Positions 47,344-57,295 of a stretch of DNA of 64,000 nucleotides are shown here, piece after piece. The position numbers and the translations under genes were made by a program. This stretch comes from Leptospira biflexa (GTDB lineage: Bacteria; Spirochaetota; Leptospiria; Turneriellales; DYLW01): positions 13,563-77,562 of the forward strand of contig DYLW01000001.1 of assembly GCA_020721865.1 (NCBI GenBank), written 5' to 3'. Below the pieces are notes generated by a model that ran no database searches, was not told where the DNA came from, and was given only the letters and a program-made list of their open reading frames with translations. The stretch's first letter is position 1; the number at the start of each line of letters is the position of its first letter.

Positions 47344-48052
47344 TCCGGTCTTCATAAAAGGCCCTTCCCAGAATGGCACCGTATAATCCGGGGATTTTTT
47401 CCAGCTCCCGCAGATCCTCCAAGGAAGACACCCCACCGGAGGCTGTGAGGCGGATTTCCGGGAATGCTGCCAACACTTTTCTGTACAGGGGGAAATCTGG
47501 ACCGGAGAGCATACCGTCTTTACGGATCTGGGTGATCAGATAATCCTGTACCCCCAGAGCGATCATTTTCTCCAGGAAGGGAAACAGCATCATTCCCGCA
47601 CTTTCCTGCCAGCCGGAGATCCGGAGCTCTTCTCCCCAGACATCCAGAGTGAGAAGAATTCTACCGGGAAAGCGTTCCAGAATGCGGGCAAATTCCTCCG
47701 GATTTTTCACCGGCAAAGTCCCAATCATGAGATAGTCTTTATCGCCGTCCAATGCGTTTCCGGATGGATCAAAATATTTTTCGGCATCCGCCAGAGTACG
47801 GATCCCACCTCCCGCTTCCAGAATGCAATTGGTTTCCCTGCGGATTTTTCCAAAAAGCTCTGCATGTTCCGGGGTACCCCTTTTTGCTCCGGAGAGATCC
47901 ACCAGATGCAGCCGGCGGATTTTTTCCAGCGAGCAGAAACTCCGGGCAAGCTCCACCGGATTGTTGTGGTACACCACTTTGCGGGAATAGTCTCCCTGGC
48001 TCAGGCGAACCACCTCTTTATCAATGATGTCCAGTGCGGGTATGATAATCAA
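47297..48052 (-). CDS. hisA: ProFAR isomerase HisA
   Basis: IIPALD, VVRL.QG, LHLVDL.GA, GGGIR, DGMLSG, ASGGV, GAILGRA.Y. Confidence 0.95.
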   Translation of the reverse strand: MIIIPALDIIDKEVVRLSQGDYSRKVVYHNNPVELARSFCSLEKIRRLHLVDLSGAKRGTPEHAELFGKIRRETNCILEAGGGIRTLADAEKYFDPSGNALDGDKDYLMIGTLPVKNPEEFARILERFPGRILLTLDVWGEELRISGWQESAGMMLFPFLEKMIALGVQDYLITQIRKDGMLSGPDFPLYRKVLAAFPEIRLTASGGVSSLEDLRELEKIPGLYGAILGRAFYEDRITLENLGEYLDSFRL

Positions 48053-48064
48053 TTGCCGACTCCT

Positions 48065-48679
48065 TTAGATTGTGTCCAGAAAATTCCGGAGCACCGCCAG
48101 GCCGTCTTTATGGGATTTTTCCGGATGGAACTGCGTGGCATATAAATTTTTTTCCGGGTGTTCCAGAATGGACGTAAAATTTCCGGCGTATTCGGCTACC
48201 GCACGGGTGAACGCATTTTCCCCGGCAAAACGGTAGCTGTGCACATAATAAAAAGAGGCCCCATCCGGGATATTTTCCATAAGCCGGGACTTTCCCCCGG
48301 AGCGGACAGTATTGTTCCATCCCATGTGCGGCGTGACCACAGAATCCGGAAAACGCTCCACCGCACCAGGGACAAATCCAAACCCTTTGTGATCTCCAAA
48401 CTCCGTGGAAGTATCAAACAGGATCTGGAAGCCGATGCACACACCCAGGATGGGTCTTTCTTTTGCGTGGAATTCCATCACCGCATCAACCATTCCCAGC
48501 CTTTTCAATTCTGACATGGCTTTCCCAAAGGCTCCATCGCCTGGTAAAAGCAGGGCATAGGCATCCGCGATGTCCCGATAATCCCCGGAGACCACGACAT
48601 CCTCCCCCAAGTATTCAAAGGCTTTCTGCAGGGAGCGTATGTTTCCCATTCCAAAATTAAGCTCCACAATTTTTCGCAT
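48065..48679 (-). CDS. hisH: Imidazole glycerol phosphate synthase glutaminase subunit
   Basis: GMGNIRS, LPGDGAF, GVCIGFQ, PHMGWN, YYVHSY, QFHPEKS. Start ATG 48679. Confidence 0.96.
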   Translation of the reverse strand: MRKIVELNFGMGNIRSLQKAFEYLGEDVVVSGDYRDIADAYALLLPGDGAFGKAMSELKRLGMVDAVMEFHAKERPILGVCIGFQILFDTSTEFGDHKGFGFVPGAVERFPDSVVTPHMGWNNTVRSGGKSRLMENIPDGASFYYVHSYRFAGENAFTRAVAEYAGNFTSILEHPEKNLYATQFHPEKSHKDGLAVLRNFLDTI

Positions 48680-48683
48680 GAAA

Positions 48684-49280
48684 TTAAATAATTCCTTTTG
48701 TGGACGGTATCTCATCCTTGCGTCGCGGGTCCTTTTCCAGCGATTTCCGCAGTGCCCATCCCACGGCCTTGAAGATGGATTCATGGATGTGGTGGTAATT
48801 CTGCCCGTAGTGTACCAGAATATGCAGATTCATGGCTACGTTCATGGCCAGCTTTTCCATGAATTCCAGAGTGAGCTCTGAATGATAATTTCCAAAAGGC
48901 TGCATGGTCCGCAAATCCGGGCCGGTATATTTGAAATACCCTCTTCCGGAAAGATCCAGAGCAGCCGTGGTGAGGGTTTCATCCATCGGCAGGGTACAAT
49001 CCCCATAACGGGTGATTCCTTTTTTGTCTCCCACCGCCTCCCGGATGGCAGAACCAAGGACGATGGCGGTATCCTCCACACTGTGGTGGGCATCAATATG
49101 CAGATCCCCTTGCAGATTAATTTCCATGTCTATGAGGGAGTACTTAGCCAGATGGCTCATCATGTGTGCAAAAAAACCGATGGGTATTTCTCCGGACAGT
49201 TTTCCACTTCCGTCCAGATTTATCTTCAGAGATATTTTTGTCTCTCTGGTTTCTCTTTTAATGCTGGATATTCTCTGCAT
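48684..49280 (-). CDS. hisB: Imidazoleglycerol-phosphate dehydratase
   Basis: RET.ET, FFAHM, DAHHSVED, PMDE, HHIHE..FKA, PSTKG. Start ATG 49280 or TTG 49313. Confidence 0.96.
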   Translation of the reverse strand: MQRISSIKRETRETKISLKINLDGSGKLSGEIPIGFFAHMMSHLAKYSLIDMEINLQGDLHIDAHHSVEDTAIVLGSAIREAVGDKKGITRYGDCTLPMDETLTTAALDLSGRGYFKYTGPDLRTMQPFGNYHSELTLEFMEKLAMNVAMNLHILVHYGQNYHHIHESIFKAVGWALRKSLEKDPRRKDEIPSTKGII

Positions 49281-49333
49281 TGTTTTGATTGATTTTTCCG
49301 GATGCTCCGTCAAACCAATTAATTATAAGGAAA

Positions 49334-50371
49334 TCACCACCAATTCAGAACATCCTCCGCAAAACCCAGAAAATTATTCACCGCCAGTTTTTTGCCATTA
49401 TCCAGAACCACGAATCCGTTAAACAACCCAAAAACCTGGTGCTGGATGGATTTGATGATGCCCAGATTCAGAGCACTATTTCTATCCACCAGCGGCGTGA
49501 AGTCCATTTCAAAACGGCCATCGCTGGAAGTAAATTTCCAGTGGGACATATAATTTTTTGTATCCATCCGGAAAAAAACCTCCTCCAGCTTATGGGCACG
49601 GGAATCATAAAAAATCATGTTTTCACTGGCTGGACTGCGGTCACTGAATCCATACCCGATATTCCAGCCAAAAGGTTTTTTCCCCAGCAAACCGGAAGCG
49701 GAACCCCAATACCAGCGATTCCGGTATGTCCAGTGTCCGCGTCCCCAGTCCAGCCCGCCAAAAGAATCCTCCGGGGCAAAAGGAAACTCCCGGCTGCCAA
49801 TCCGGATAGTCCCCGTAGCGGGCATGCAGTTAATTTTCTGATTATAATAAAACGCCTTTCTGTTTTCCTTCCAGGACGTAGCGATGACCATGGAATCCGC
49901 TTCCGGTTCCTGATACAGGGAGATTTCTCCAGTCAGACCATTTCCGTCTTTGCCGACAAAAAACGGAGCGTCCACATGGATGATATGTTTGTACCCTTCT
50001 TTGCGGAATGACAATGAGATTTTTTTGTTATTATATACAACATCCCCTTTTTCTGAAGTCGATGGAAATCCTGTCCTGCCCAAGGGGAGGATGCTCATTG
50101 CATCATACTGGGTAAATGTCCTTTCTTTAAAATCCAGCCAAGTCACGGCAAAAAGCCCGGTATAACCCAGATCGGCCATGGTGAAGGTGATCCCATATTC
50201 CCGGTTTTGGGAAAGAATATAATAATAGTCCCATTCTTTGATCCGGAATGCGGAAGCTTTTATTTTCCGCCGGTCATACCGCCAGAACGGACGGCGTGCC
50301 CAGCCTTCCCGGGTTATGCGTCCATTTCCATCCAGAAGATCCAGGGGGATTTTAATCTCATTTTGTGCCAT
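49334..50371 (-). CDS. DUF2804-family protein
   Basis: GWAR, RIKEWDYY, FYYNQK, LDWGRG.W, W.W.S, IG.GF, HQVFG.F.G, GFAE...W. Confidence 0.8.
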   Translation of the reverse strand: MAQNEIKIPLDLLDGNGRITREGWARRPFWRYDRRKIKASAFRIKEWDYYYILSQNREYGITFTMADLGYTGLFAVTWLDFKERTFTQYDAMSILPLGRTGFPSTSEKGDVVYNNKKISLSFRKEGYKHIIHVDAPFFVGKDGNGLTGEISLYQEPEADSMVIATSWKENRKAFYYNQKINCMPATGTIRIGSREFPFAPEDSFGGLDWGRGHWTYRNRWYWGSASGLLGKKPFGWNIGYGFSDRSPASENMIFYDSRAHKLEEVFFRMDTKNYMSHWKFTSSDGRFEMDFTPLVDRNSALNLGIIKSIQHQVFGLFNGFVVLDNGKKLAVNNFLGFAEDVLNWW

Positions 50372-50415
50372 GGGACGGTCCTTAATATGGGCTTCGTAAA
50401 GGGAAGAAATTTTTG

Positions 50416-53370
50416 TTAATACTCATAGCCAATACTGAATACCCCCTGCCATCGGGACATCCGCAATGACCGCCGGAGATCATAAGGGGTCCCCCAGTCA
50501 ATTTTGATAATCAAACCGGGCAGAAGTACCAGACGCCCTCCCAGTCCATAAGAGACTTTTAAATCTTTCAGAGAGCGGTCATCCGGATCGTATAAATCCC
50601 AGTGGCGGTAATCGTTGAATGCAGTGCCCATATCAATGAAAAATACCCCGCTGAAACCAGGAAAAAACCATCGGGTGGGGAAACCCATCACCAGAGCATC
50701 CAGAAACGGAAAGCGTATCTCATTTTTCATGAGAAGAGTATGCCGCCCGGAAAGACTCAGGAACGCGAAGGAACGAATGCTGTTATACCCGCCAATCTGG
50801 AACGGAAAATATTCCGCCTCCGGTCCGTTGATGCTGCCCGCATAAAAACGGAACGCATACACAAACCTTTCCCAGAAAAGCCAGTAATGCCGCACGTCCA
50901 GACTGTCCCGGTGGTACACATAGTCATGGCCGGTAAAATTCATACTCTGCTCGGAAATGAGCTGTACATGTGTCCCGGATAAGGGACCCATATAGGAATA
51001 GAGGACATTATTATACGCCATTCCCAGATTCAGGGCGTGGATATTTGTGAAAATATCTTCCCGCAGATAATCCTCGGGAACCAGGGGATAAAACATTTCC
51101 TCATAACGGGAAAACTCCCACTGGAGAGAAAATGTCAGAAAGGGATCCACCGGATAATCCGCTTGAGCATAAAACCCAAACCGATTGATGTAGTAGGACA
51201 AAAAATTTGGATTATAAAACAGATTATTTATGGAAGCTAAATCGGCAAAATTGAAAATGCTGTAATAGTTGGATGCCTTGAACGCCCCCACATGAAAATC
51301 GATTCTTTTCTTGAGATACACATAATCCAATGTGAAATTGATGCTTTCCCTCTGGGATAAAAAATCCAGATACAGACTCACTTTCTGATTTCCCAGATTA
51401 TCTGTGAAAGAAGATTGGAAAAAACCACCCAGGCCGTAGTAGTTGGAATACTGAAGCCCAAAGAAAAACCAGTCCGGAAGAAAATCCGCTTTGTACTCCT
51501 GAATCTCAAAGGACTGGGGGCCACCGGGAAAATGAGGAAATACCGGAGACAATAAAAATGTATTTTTCTCATAATCCGCATCCGTTGTGGAAACCACATC
51601 GTCTTCCTCCCGTGGTGCTGGATGCAGAAGAATATCATAGCTCTGGTAATGATAATAATTTGTCACAATCCGGCGGGCTTTATCATCCATACTGATTCCG
51701 GACACCCCGGAAGCGTAATCCGTCACCCGGTATACCTCCGGATCATCCATATCTTTCATGTATATATTGGGGATGCCTTCGTGATCGGAAATAAATAGAA
51801 TCCGATTATGTTTTCCCGGATAGAAAAAAACTGGATGGTTCTGGTTTCCCTTGAGGGAGAGTACCGCCTCCGGGCCGATGGGTTCTGCCCCGTCTAACTT
51901 GATCCGGAAAAGGTTGAAATCGGAGGAATCGGTTTTTCCTTCCGCATTCCGGTTGGATGAGAACAATAAAAATGTCCCGTCTTCGGATAAAACCGGAGTT
52001 TCATCCGCAAAGGCATCATTCGTAATCTGTTTCACTTTTCCGGATTTTACATCGGCCAGATAAATGTCATTCTGTCCGGCCAGAGTCCCGGAAAAAACCA
52101 CATAGGCTCCGTTTCTGGTCATATAGGGACGGGAGATACTCTCCACCGGCGGGATAATCTTTTTGATAATTTTTTTGTCTTTGATCCTAAGCAGATAAAT
52201 CACATCCCGCCCTTTTGTGGTGGCCGTAAACGCGAGGATTTGTCCATCGCCGGAAAAGGACAGGCGGTTGTCCAGAATATGCAGACCATAGAACTCCGCA
52301 TTGTTTCCGCCATGGATGAGTATTTTTTCCCGGGGTTTTTTCCGGGATTTTTCAGGTGAAAAGGAATCCTTCCTGTTCTCCTCCGGAATATCCCGCAGAA
52401 CAATGGCAGGATAAAAGTCCCGAATTGTCAGAAATGCGGCTTTTTTACCATCCGGAGAAATGGCCGGATGAAAATGGACAAACCCTGGTTCGCTGCGATG
52501 ATCCGTGATAAGCCTTCCGGTATCCATTGCGGTCTTATGGTGGATGTCGCGGAAATATTTACGCCGGAGCCATACATTCCACCGTTCGTTAAATTCCTCA
52601 ATGCTCATTCCAAAATTCACCCGGATAGTGTCCTCCAGACTCCGCTGGTCCCGGACATCTTTCAGAAGTTCCCCCAGCTTGACAGAGCCATATTCCATAT
52701 CAATGTACCATAGAATAGCTTGGCCCGCTTTATAATACATATAGCCATTCTGCACCCGGTAGGAAGTCAAATCCATCACCGATGGCAGGGTCCCGGTGAG
52801 AACAGCTTCCCGGACGGTGGACTCTGCCGTTTCATCCCAGCCCACAGAAAGATACTCTGCAAACCCTTCCATCACCCAGAGCGGAGGCTGACTACGGTAC
52901 GGCAGGGCAAAGGATCCGCCATAGGTTTCCCCAAAAAGGATGTCATACTGAAAAGCGTGGACGATTTCATGGGTGATCACATGGCGGAATTCCTTCCAAG
53001 AACCCATGAACGGAACCACCACCCGCGTCCGTATGGATTCCGTAAAACCGCCGGTACCCTCCCCCAGATTATAGGGAATCACATGGGTGGCCTGGAAATG
53101 GTTGTGGGATGGATATACAATGATGGAAACCGGAGCGGAAAGATGGTGCCCCAGTTTTTCTGAAATATACAGACTGGCTTCCTCCGCATAGATGGCCGCC
53201 ATTTTTCCCAGAACAACATTGTCCTGGGGATAGAAAATATAGAAATGCTCCGTTTTAATTACTTTGAAATTGATTTCCTCCCAGACCACCTTACGTGGCC
53301 CGGAATAAACCGGCATCATCCAGATCACGCCGGCAAGAATCGCTGTAATAATCCCGGACAGAAGTCTCAT
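50416..53370 (-). CDS. Omp85-family fusion: gluzincin-like metallopeptidase + PD40/TolB-like propeller + BamA/TamA barrel
   Basis: Signal peptide, TEHF.I.Y, GGFTE, HEIVH...W.MEGFAEY, repeated P..S.DG units, GG.NSIRSF, E.RFP, F.D.G, SYGLG.R, terminal FSIGYEY. Confidence 0.88.
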   Translation of the reverse strand: MRLLSGIITAILAGVIWMMPVYSGPRKVVWEEINFKVIKTEHFYIFYPQDNVVLGKMAAIYAEEASLYISEKLGHHLSAPVSIIVYPSHNHFQATHVIPYNLGEGTGGFTESIRTRVVVPFMGSWKEFRHVITHEIVHAFQYDILFGETYGGSFALPYRSQPPLWVMEGFAEYLSVGWDETAESTVREAVLTGTLPSVMDLTSYRVQNGYMYYKAGQAILWYIDMEYGSVKLGELLKDVRDQRSLEDTIRVNFGMSIEEFNERWNVWLRRKYFRDIHHKTAMDTGRLITDHRSEPGFVHFHPAISPDGKKAAFLTIRDFYPAIVLRDIPEENRKDSFSPEKSRKKPREKILIHGGNNAEFYGLHILDNRLSFSGDGQILAFTATTKGRDVIYLLRIKDKKIIKKIIPPVESISRPYMTRNGAYVVFSGTLAGQNDIYLADVKSGKVKQITNDAFADETPVLSEDGTFLLFSSNRNAEGKTDSSDFNLFRIKLDGAEPIGPEAVLSLKGNQNHPVFFYPGKHNRILFISDHEGIPNIYMKDMDDPEVYRVTDYASGVSGISMDDKARRIVTNYYHYQSYDILLHPAPREEDDVVSTTDADYEKNTFLLSPVFPHFPGGPQSFEIQEYKADFLPDWFFFGLQYSNYYGLGGFFQSSFTDNLGNQKVSLYLDFLSQRESINFTLDYVYLKKRIDFHVGAFKASNYYSIFNFADLASINNLFYNPNFLSYYINRFGFYAQADYPVDPFLTFSLQWEFSRYEEMFYPLVPEDYLREDIFTNIHALNLGMAYNNVLYSYMGPLSGTHVQLISEQSMNFTGHDYVYHRDSLDVRHYWLFWERFVYAFRFYAGSINGPEAEYFPFQIGGYNSIRSFAFLSLSGRHTLLMKNEIRFPFLDALVMGFPTRWFFPGFSGVFFIDMGTAFNDYRHWDLYDPDDRSLKDLKVSYGLGGRLVLLPGLIIKIDWGTPYDLRRSLRMSRWQGVFSIGYEY

Positions 53371-55065
53371 TTATTCAGATCGGCTTGCGTTGCAGTCATC
53401 TTCCAGGACATACTTCATCAGAATTTTTTCCTTTGTCAGATACATCCGGTATATGTCATATCCATTTGTGGGGTAAGAGCCCATCACTCGCACCCCTCTG
53501 TCTTCTGAATAGGAAACGGTGATATACTTGAAGGAATAATCGCTTTTAGAGCTGAATGGAACCATCGGCTCCATCTCATCCCCCCGCATACGGATGCTGT
53601 AAAGGCTTTCATTATACCCATAGGGACATTTATCATATTTCCTGAATATAATGAAGGTACCCTCCGGGCTTTGGAATATGGTGGGAAAAAGCTCGTTCAG
53701 AGAATTGGTCGCATTTTTTACCGCAAAAGGAGTGGGGAAATCCTCATATACGGATTCCCGGATGGAAACAAAAAGCTGGGTTCCCATCAGATTGGAATTA
53801 AACGTCCGGGAGGAAGCAAAAACCAGAATCTTCCCATCTCTGGATATGGCAGGATCCCTTTCCACGAAAGATGAATTCAGGGCGGTCAAGGGCTCTCCAT
53901 GCTCAAAGTGCTCTCCATCTGTGGAATGGGAACGGTATAGTTCCCCTTCCACAGAATAAATAATTTCCAGATAATCCTTTTCTTTGTTGTGAAAAAGAGC
54001 GAACCCCAGAACATTACCCTTGTGCATATCCTTGAGATTGGTAAAGCGGGGATTGTAAAAGATTTCCTTTTCCCCTTTCTGGTCAAAGACAGAATCCATC
54101 ACCACAATTTCCAGAAAACCGGTGCCTTTGTTTTTTTTATCCGATTCTGTCTGCTTGGCTTTTTTATACGCTTCGTCGCCAATCAACCCCTTTAAATCAT
54201 CCAGGCTTTCTTCCTTGACCTCGTCCGGATTTTTAGCAGCCGGAGTGGTCCGGTCCGCCAGGTAATAGTATTGCTTGCTTCCCGTTACCGGACTCTGGAT
54301 AAGATGATAATCTTTTCCCGGACCGTTGATAGCCCCAAAGCTTTTGAGCCTTGCCCCTTTTTTTATAGTAAATTGATATGTTTCCCCATTTAACAGATTT
54401 TTACGCTTCTCTTCTTCCAGGCGACGTTCTTCTTCTGATTTTTTTCTTCTTTCTTCTTCTGCCATCGCCCGTTTCTGCTCATTGGTTACAAAATCTGGTC
54501 CTGTTCCGGAAGTCCCATCTGTGTTTTTCCCATCCTTACCATTTTTTTGTCCGAATTTTTTTTCCCCATCCTTTCCGGTTCCAGAATTTTTCTGTTTATC
54601 CGTGTAACTTCCGGAGGATGCATCTTTATCATTTTCTGGATCATTTCCATTCTTTGTGCCAGAATTTTTTGGATCTGTATGTTTGGACACAGAGTCCGGG
54701 GTTTGTCCGGAATTATTTCCCTTCTGATCCTGTACCTTCCCGGAATCTTTCCCAACATCGGTAGAGTTTTTTTTATCTTTGGCGTCACTCCCAGATGTTT
54801 TTTGCCCGCCGGAATTTTTGCCGCCTGCTTCTCTGGCTTCTCTTTCTTTCCTTTCTCTTTCCCGCTTTTGTCTCAGATAATCCTCATAATAATAATCACC
54901 CCTGGTGGAGTCATCATAACTTTCGGAGTCATTATTCTTACTTCCGGAATCTATTCCGTCGTTGCCTTTTGCCGTGGTTTTGCATCCGGCAAGAGACAGA
55001 GAAGCAGCCACCACCATAACATAGACCGTACATCCCAACCAAACTGTGGATATTCTCTTTCTCAT
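53371..55065 (-). CDS. Lipoprotein with long low-complexity linker and C-terminal PD40-type propeller segment
   Basis: Lipobox LAGC, about 200 aa rich in K/D/G/S/N, LNS...ERDPAISRDGKILVFASSR. Confidence 0.75.
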   Translation of the reverse strand: MRKRISTVWLGCTVYVMVVAASLSLAGCKTTAKGNDGIDSGSKNNDSESYDDSTRGDYYYEDYLRQKRERERKEREAREAGGKNSGGQKTSGSDAKDKKNSTDVGKDSGKVQDQKGNNSGQTPDSVSKHTDPKNSGTKNGNDPENDKDASSGSYTDKQKNSGTGKDGEKKFGQKNGKDGKNTDGTSGTGPDFVTNEQKRAMAEEERRKKSEEERRLEEEKRKNLLNGETYQFTIKKGARLKSFGAINGPGKDYHLIQSPVTGSKQYYYLADRTTPAAKNPDEVKEESLDDLKGLIGDEAYKKAKQTESDKKNKGTGFLEIVVMDSVFDQKGEKEIFYNPRFTNLKDMHKGNVLGFALFHNKEKDYLEIIYSVEGELYRSHSTDGEHFEHGEPLTALNSSFVERDPAISRDGKILVFASSRTFNSNLMGTQLFVSIRESVYEDFPTPFAVKNATNSLNELFPTIFQSPEGTFIIFRKYDKCPYGYNESLYSIRMRGDEMEPMVPFSSKSDYSFKYITVSYSEDRGVRVMGSYPTNGYDIYRMYLTKEKILMKYVLEDDCNASRSE

Positions 55066-55150
55066 AATTCACCCTCGGTTCATTAAAAATATGACCGGTA
55101 TAATGGCAAGGAAAAGACCGGCGGGAAATCCACCAGATTTATTGTAGGAT

Positions 55151-55513
55151 TTACTGAGCCGGCGATGGAGGTGTCGCTGTTCCGTTTTGTCCTTCCGATG
55201 CCGGAGCCGGAGGAGGGCTCACTTGATTTTCTGTGGACGCCGGATTTTGGTTGAGCTCTTTCTGGATATCCTTGATGCCCCCGGAAGCACTCCGGATGTA
55301 TGCCAGAGACATGGCCAGAAACAGGAAAACCCCAGCCAGAACGGCAGTCATTTTGGTGAGGACATCCGCAGAACTGGACCCAAAAACACTCTGGCTCCCC
55401 CCCCCAAACATACCCATACCGGCGGAACGGTTGGACTGCAGGAGCACAATCAGTACCAATAGAATGGACACAATAATAAAAAATATGATGAATATGGTTT
55501 CCAGTATCTGCAT
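55151..55513 (-). CDS. secG: Preprotein translocase subunit SecG
   Basis: Two TMs, LIVLLQ...AGMG.FGG....FG....VLTK.T. Confidence 0.94.
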   Translation of the reverse strand: MQILETIFIIFFIIVSILLVLIVLLQSNRSAGMGMFGGGSQSVFGSSSADVLTKMTAVLAGVFLFLAMSLAYIRSASGGIKDIQKELNQNPASTENQVSPPPAPASEGQNGTATPPSPAQ

Positions 55514-55747
55514 GATCCATTTTTCGCATTCGCTTCAGGCTGTCTTCCTTTTTTTGGGGGAAAACCTTATCCCCCCGATTTTTTCTCAGGAAATCCACCC
55601 CTCCCGAAAAATGTAAGTTCTCAATAATCAGGTAGGTGCTGTAGGCAATGCCGGCCTTGATTCTTATTAACATATCAGCGAAACAAGATGGAATTATACT
55701 TGCCGGACAAGGTGGCATTTTCAGTCTTGCCAAAGAGGAGCTATAAC

Positions 55748-56656
55748 ATGGGAAAAAACAGATTTGATGTTCTGAGCGGGAAAGTCCCCGACGATGTAAA
55801 AGAATTGTATGTGACATTAATTCGTGAAGCGTCCACCAATCTCCCCAAGGACATCACGGATAAATTGGAAAGACAGAAGCAGAAAGAACAGGATGGATCC
55901 CAGGCAAAGAAAGCTTTGGATATTATTATTAAAAACATTAACATGGCATACGAAAAGGAAACCCCCATCTGCCAGGATACGGGAACGGTAATTTTTCACG
56001 TACACTATCCGTTGGGATTTTCTACATTAAAATTTAAAAATGACATGTCTGAAGCAGTGCGGGAAGCCACCAGGAGAGGTTATCTGCGTCCGAATGCCGT
56101 GGATTCCATCACAGGAAAAAATTCAGGGGATAACACCGGGCTGGGTCTTCCATCCTTTTATTTCCATGAATGGGAAAAAGATTATGTGGAAGTGAAAACC
56201 ATGCTGAAAGGCGGTGGATCCGAAAACACTGGTATCCAGTATTCGCTGCCGGATACCCGTTTAGGTGCTGGACGGGATTTGAAAGGTATTAAAAAAGTAA
56301 TTCTGGATTCTGTAGTCAAAGCCCAAGGGCAAGGCTGTGCACCCGGGGTTCTTTGCGTTTGTATTGGTGGGGACCGGGGAGCCGGAGCCGTGGCAGCAAA
56401 AGAACAGGTATTCCGTGATCTGAATGATGTGAATCCTGACCCGGTGCTGGCGGAGCTGGAAAAGGAAATGTATGAAAAGGCCAACCAGTTAGGAGTGGGT
56501 CCCATGGGGTTTGGAGGAGAGACCTCGCTTCTGGGAGTCAAAATCACCAAATTGCACCGTCTGCCGGCATCCTTTTTTGTGAGCATTGTTTATATGTGCT
56601 GGGCAGCCCGGAAAAAAACCATGATTATCAAGGATAATCAGTATACCATTCAATAG
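55748..56656 (+). CDS. Class I Fe-S fumarate hydratase / tartrate dehydratase, alpha subunit
   Basis: GAGGAG RBS. PICQDTG, LRPNAVD, KGGGSEN, GCAPG, G.GPMGFGG, CWA.R. Confidence 0.92.
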   Translation: MGKNRFDVLSGKVPDDVKELYVTLIREASTNLPKDITDKLERQKQKEQDGSQAKKALDIIIKNINMAYEKETPICQDTGTVIFHVHYPLGFSTLKFKNDMSEAVREATRRGYLRPNAVDSITGKNSGDNTGLGLPSFYFHEWEKDYVEVKTMLKGGGSENTGIQYSLPDTRLGAGRDLKGIKKVILDSVVKAQGQGCAPGVLCVCIGGDRGAGAVAAKEQVFRDLNDVNPDPVLAELEKEMYEKANQLGVGPMGFGGETSLLGVKITKLHRLPASFFVSIVYMCWAARKKTMIIKDNQYTIQ

Positions 56657-56665
56657 GAGGATACT

Positions 56666-57295
56666 ATGGCACAGGTAATAAAACTTAATCCGCCCAATAT
56701 TTCAGAAGCAACCATCCGCAGCTTGAAAAAAGGAGATATTGTTTCCATAACCGGGACAATAATCACCGGCAGAGATGTTGCCCATAAATATCTGGAGGAT
56801 CATTTCATATCCAAAGACAAACCCACCGAATCGGAAATTCCGGTTCTGGAGGATCTGAAAAAATACACCCAAGGCGGGATTATTTACCACTGCGGGCCAG
56901 TAGTGGCAGAAAAAAACGGAGAGTATACGTTTCTGGCCGCCGGCCCCACCACGTCCATCCGCGAAGAGCCCTATGAATACGATGTGATGAAGCTTCTGGG
57001 ATTGCGGGGAGTCATTGGAAAGGGCGGCATGGGTCCCAAAACGCTCAAAGCCTGTGTGGATCTGGGCGGGGTCTATCTCCATGCCATTGGTGGTGCAGCC
57101 ACGTTAATTGCCCAGAATGTGAAAAAAGTGAAAGGGGTCATCAAAAAGGAATTTGGTACTCCAGAATCATTCTGGATCATTGAAGTGGAAGATTTTGAAA
57201 CCATTGTCACTATGGATTCCCACGGAGAGAGCCTGCATGATGTGATCCAGAAACAGAGTGAAAAGAAAATGCTGGAGCTTTTTGAAACACTTTGA
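56666..57295 (+). CDS. Class I Fe-S fumarate hydratase / tartrate dehydratase, beta subunit
   Basis: AGGAGG RBS. TGRD.AH, IYHCGP, AGPTTS.R, IGKGGM, MDSHG. Confidence 0.92.
   Translation: MAQVIKLNPPNISEATIRSLKKGDIVSITGTIITGRDVAHKYLEDHFISKDKPTESEIPVLEDLKKYTQGGIIYHCGPVVAEKNGEYTFLAAGPTTSIREEPYEYDVMKLLGLRGVIGKGGMGPKTLKACVDLGGVYLHAIGGAATLIAQNVKKVKGVIKKEFGTPESFWIIEVEDFETIVTMDSHGESLHDVIQKQSEKKMLELFETL

Noticed and set aside
47297..49280. hisBHA without hisF, and a separate hisE, as an incomplete pathway
   Set aside because: Scattered his genes are common; the rest can lie outside the window.
55514..55747. ncRNA or tRNA between secG and the fumarase
   Set aside because: No cloverleaf or recognisable Rfam motif; only a G5/C5 hairpin.
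55083..55817. 244-aa minus-strand ORF overlapping secG
   Set aside because: Alternative frame over secG and the fumarase start; no motif or RBS.
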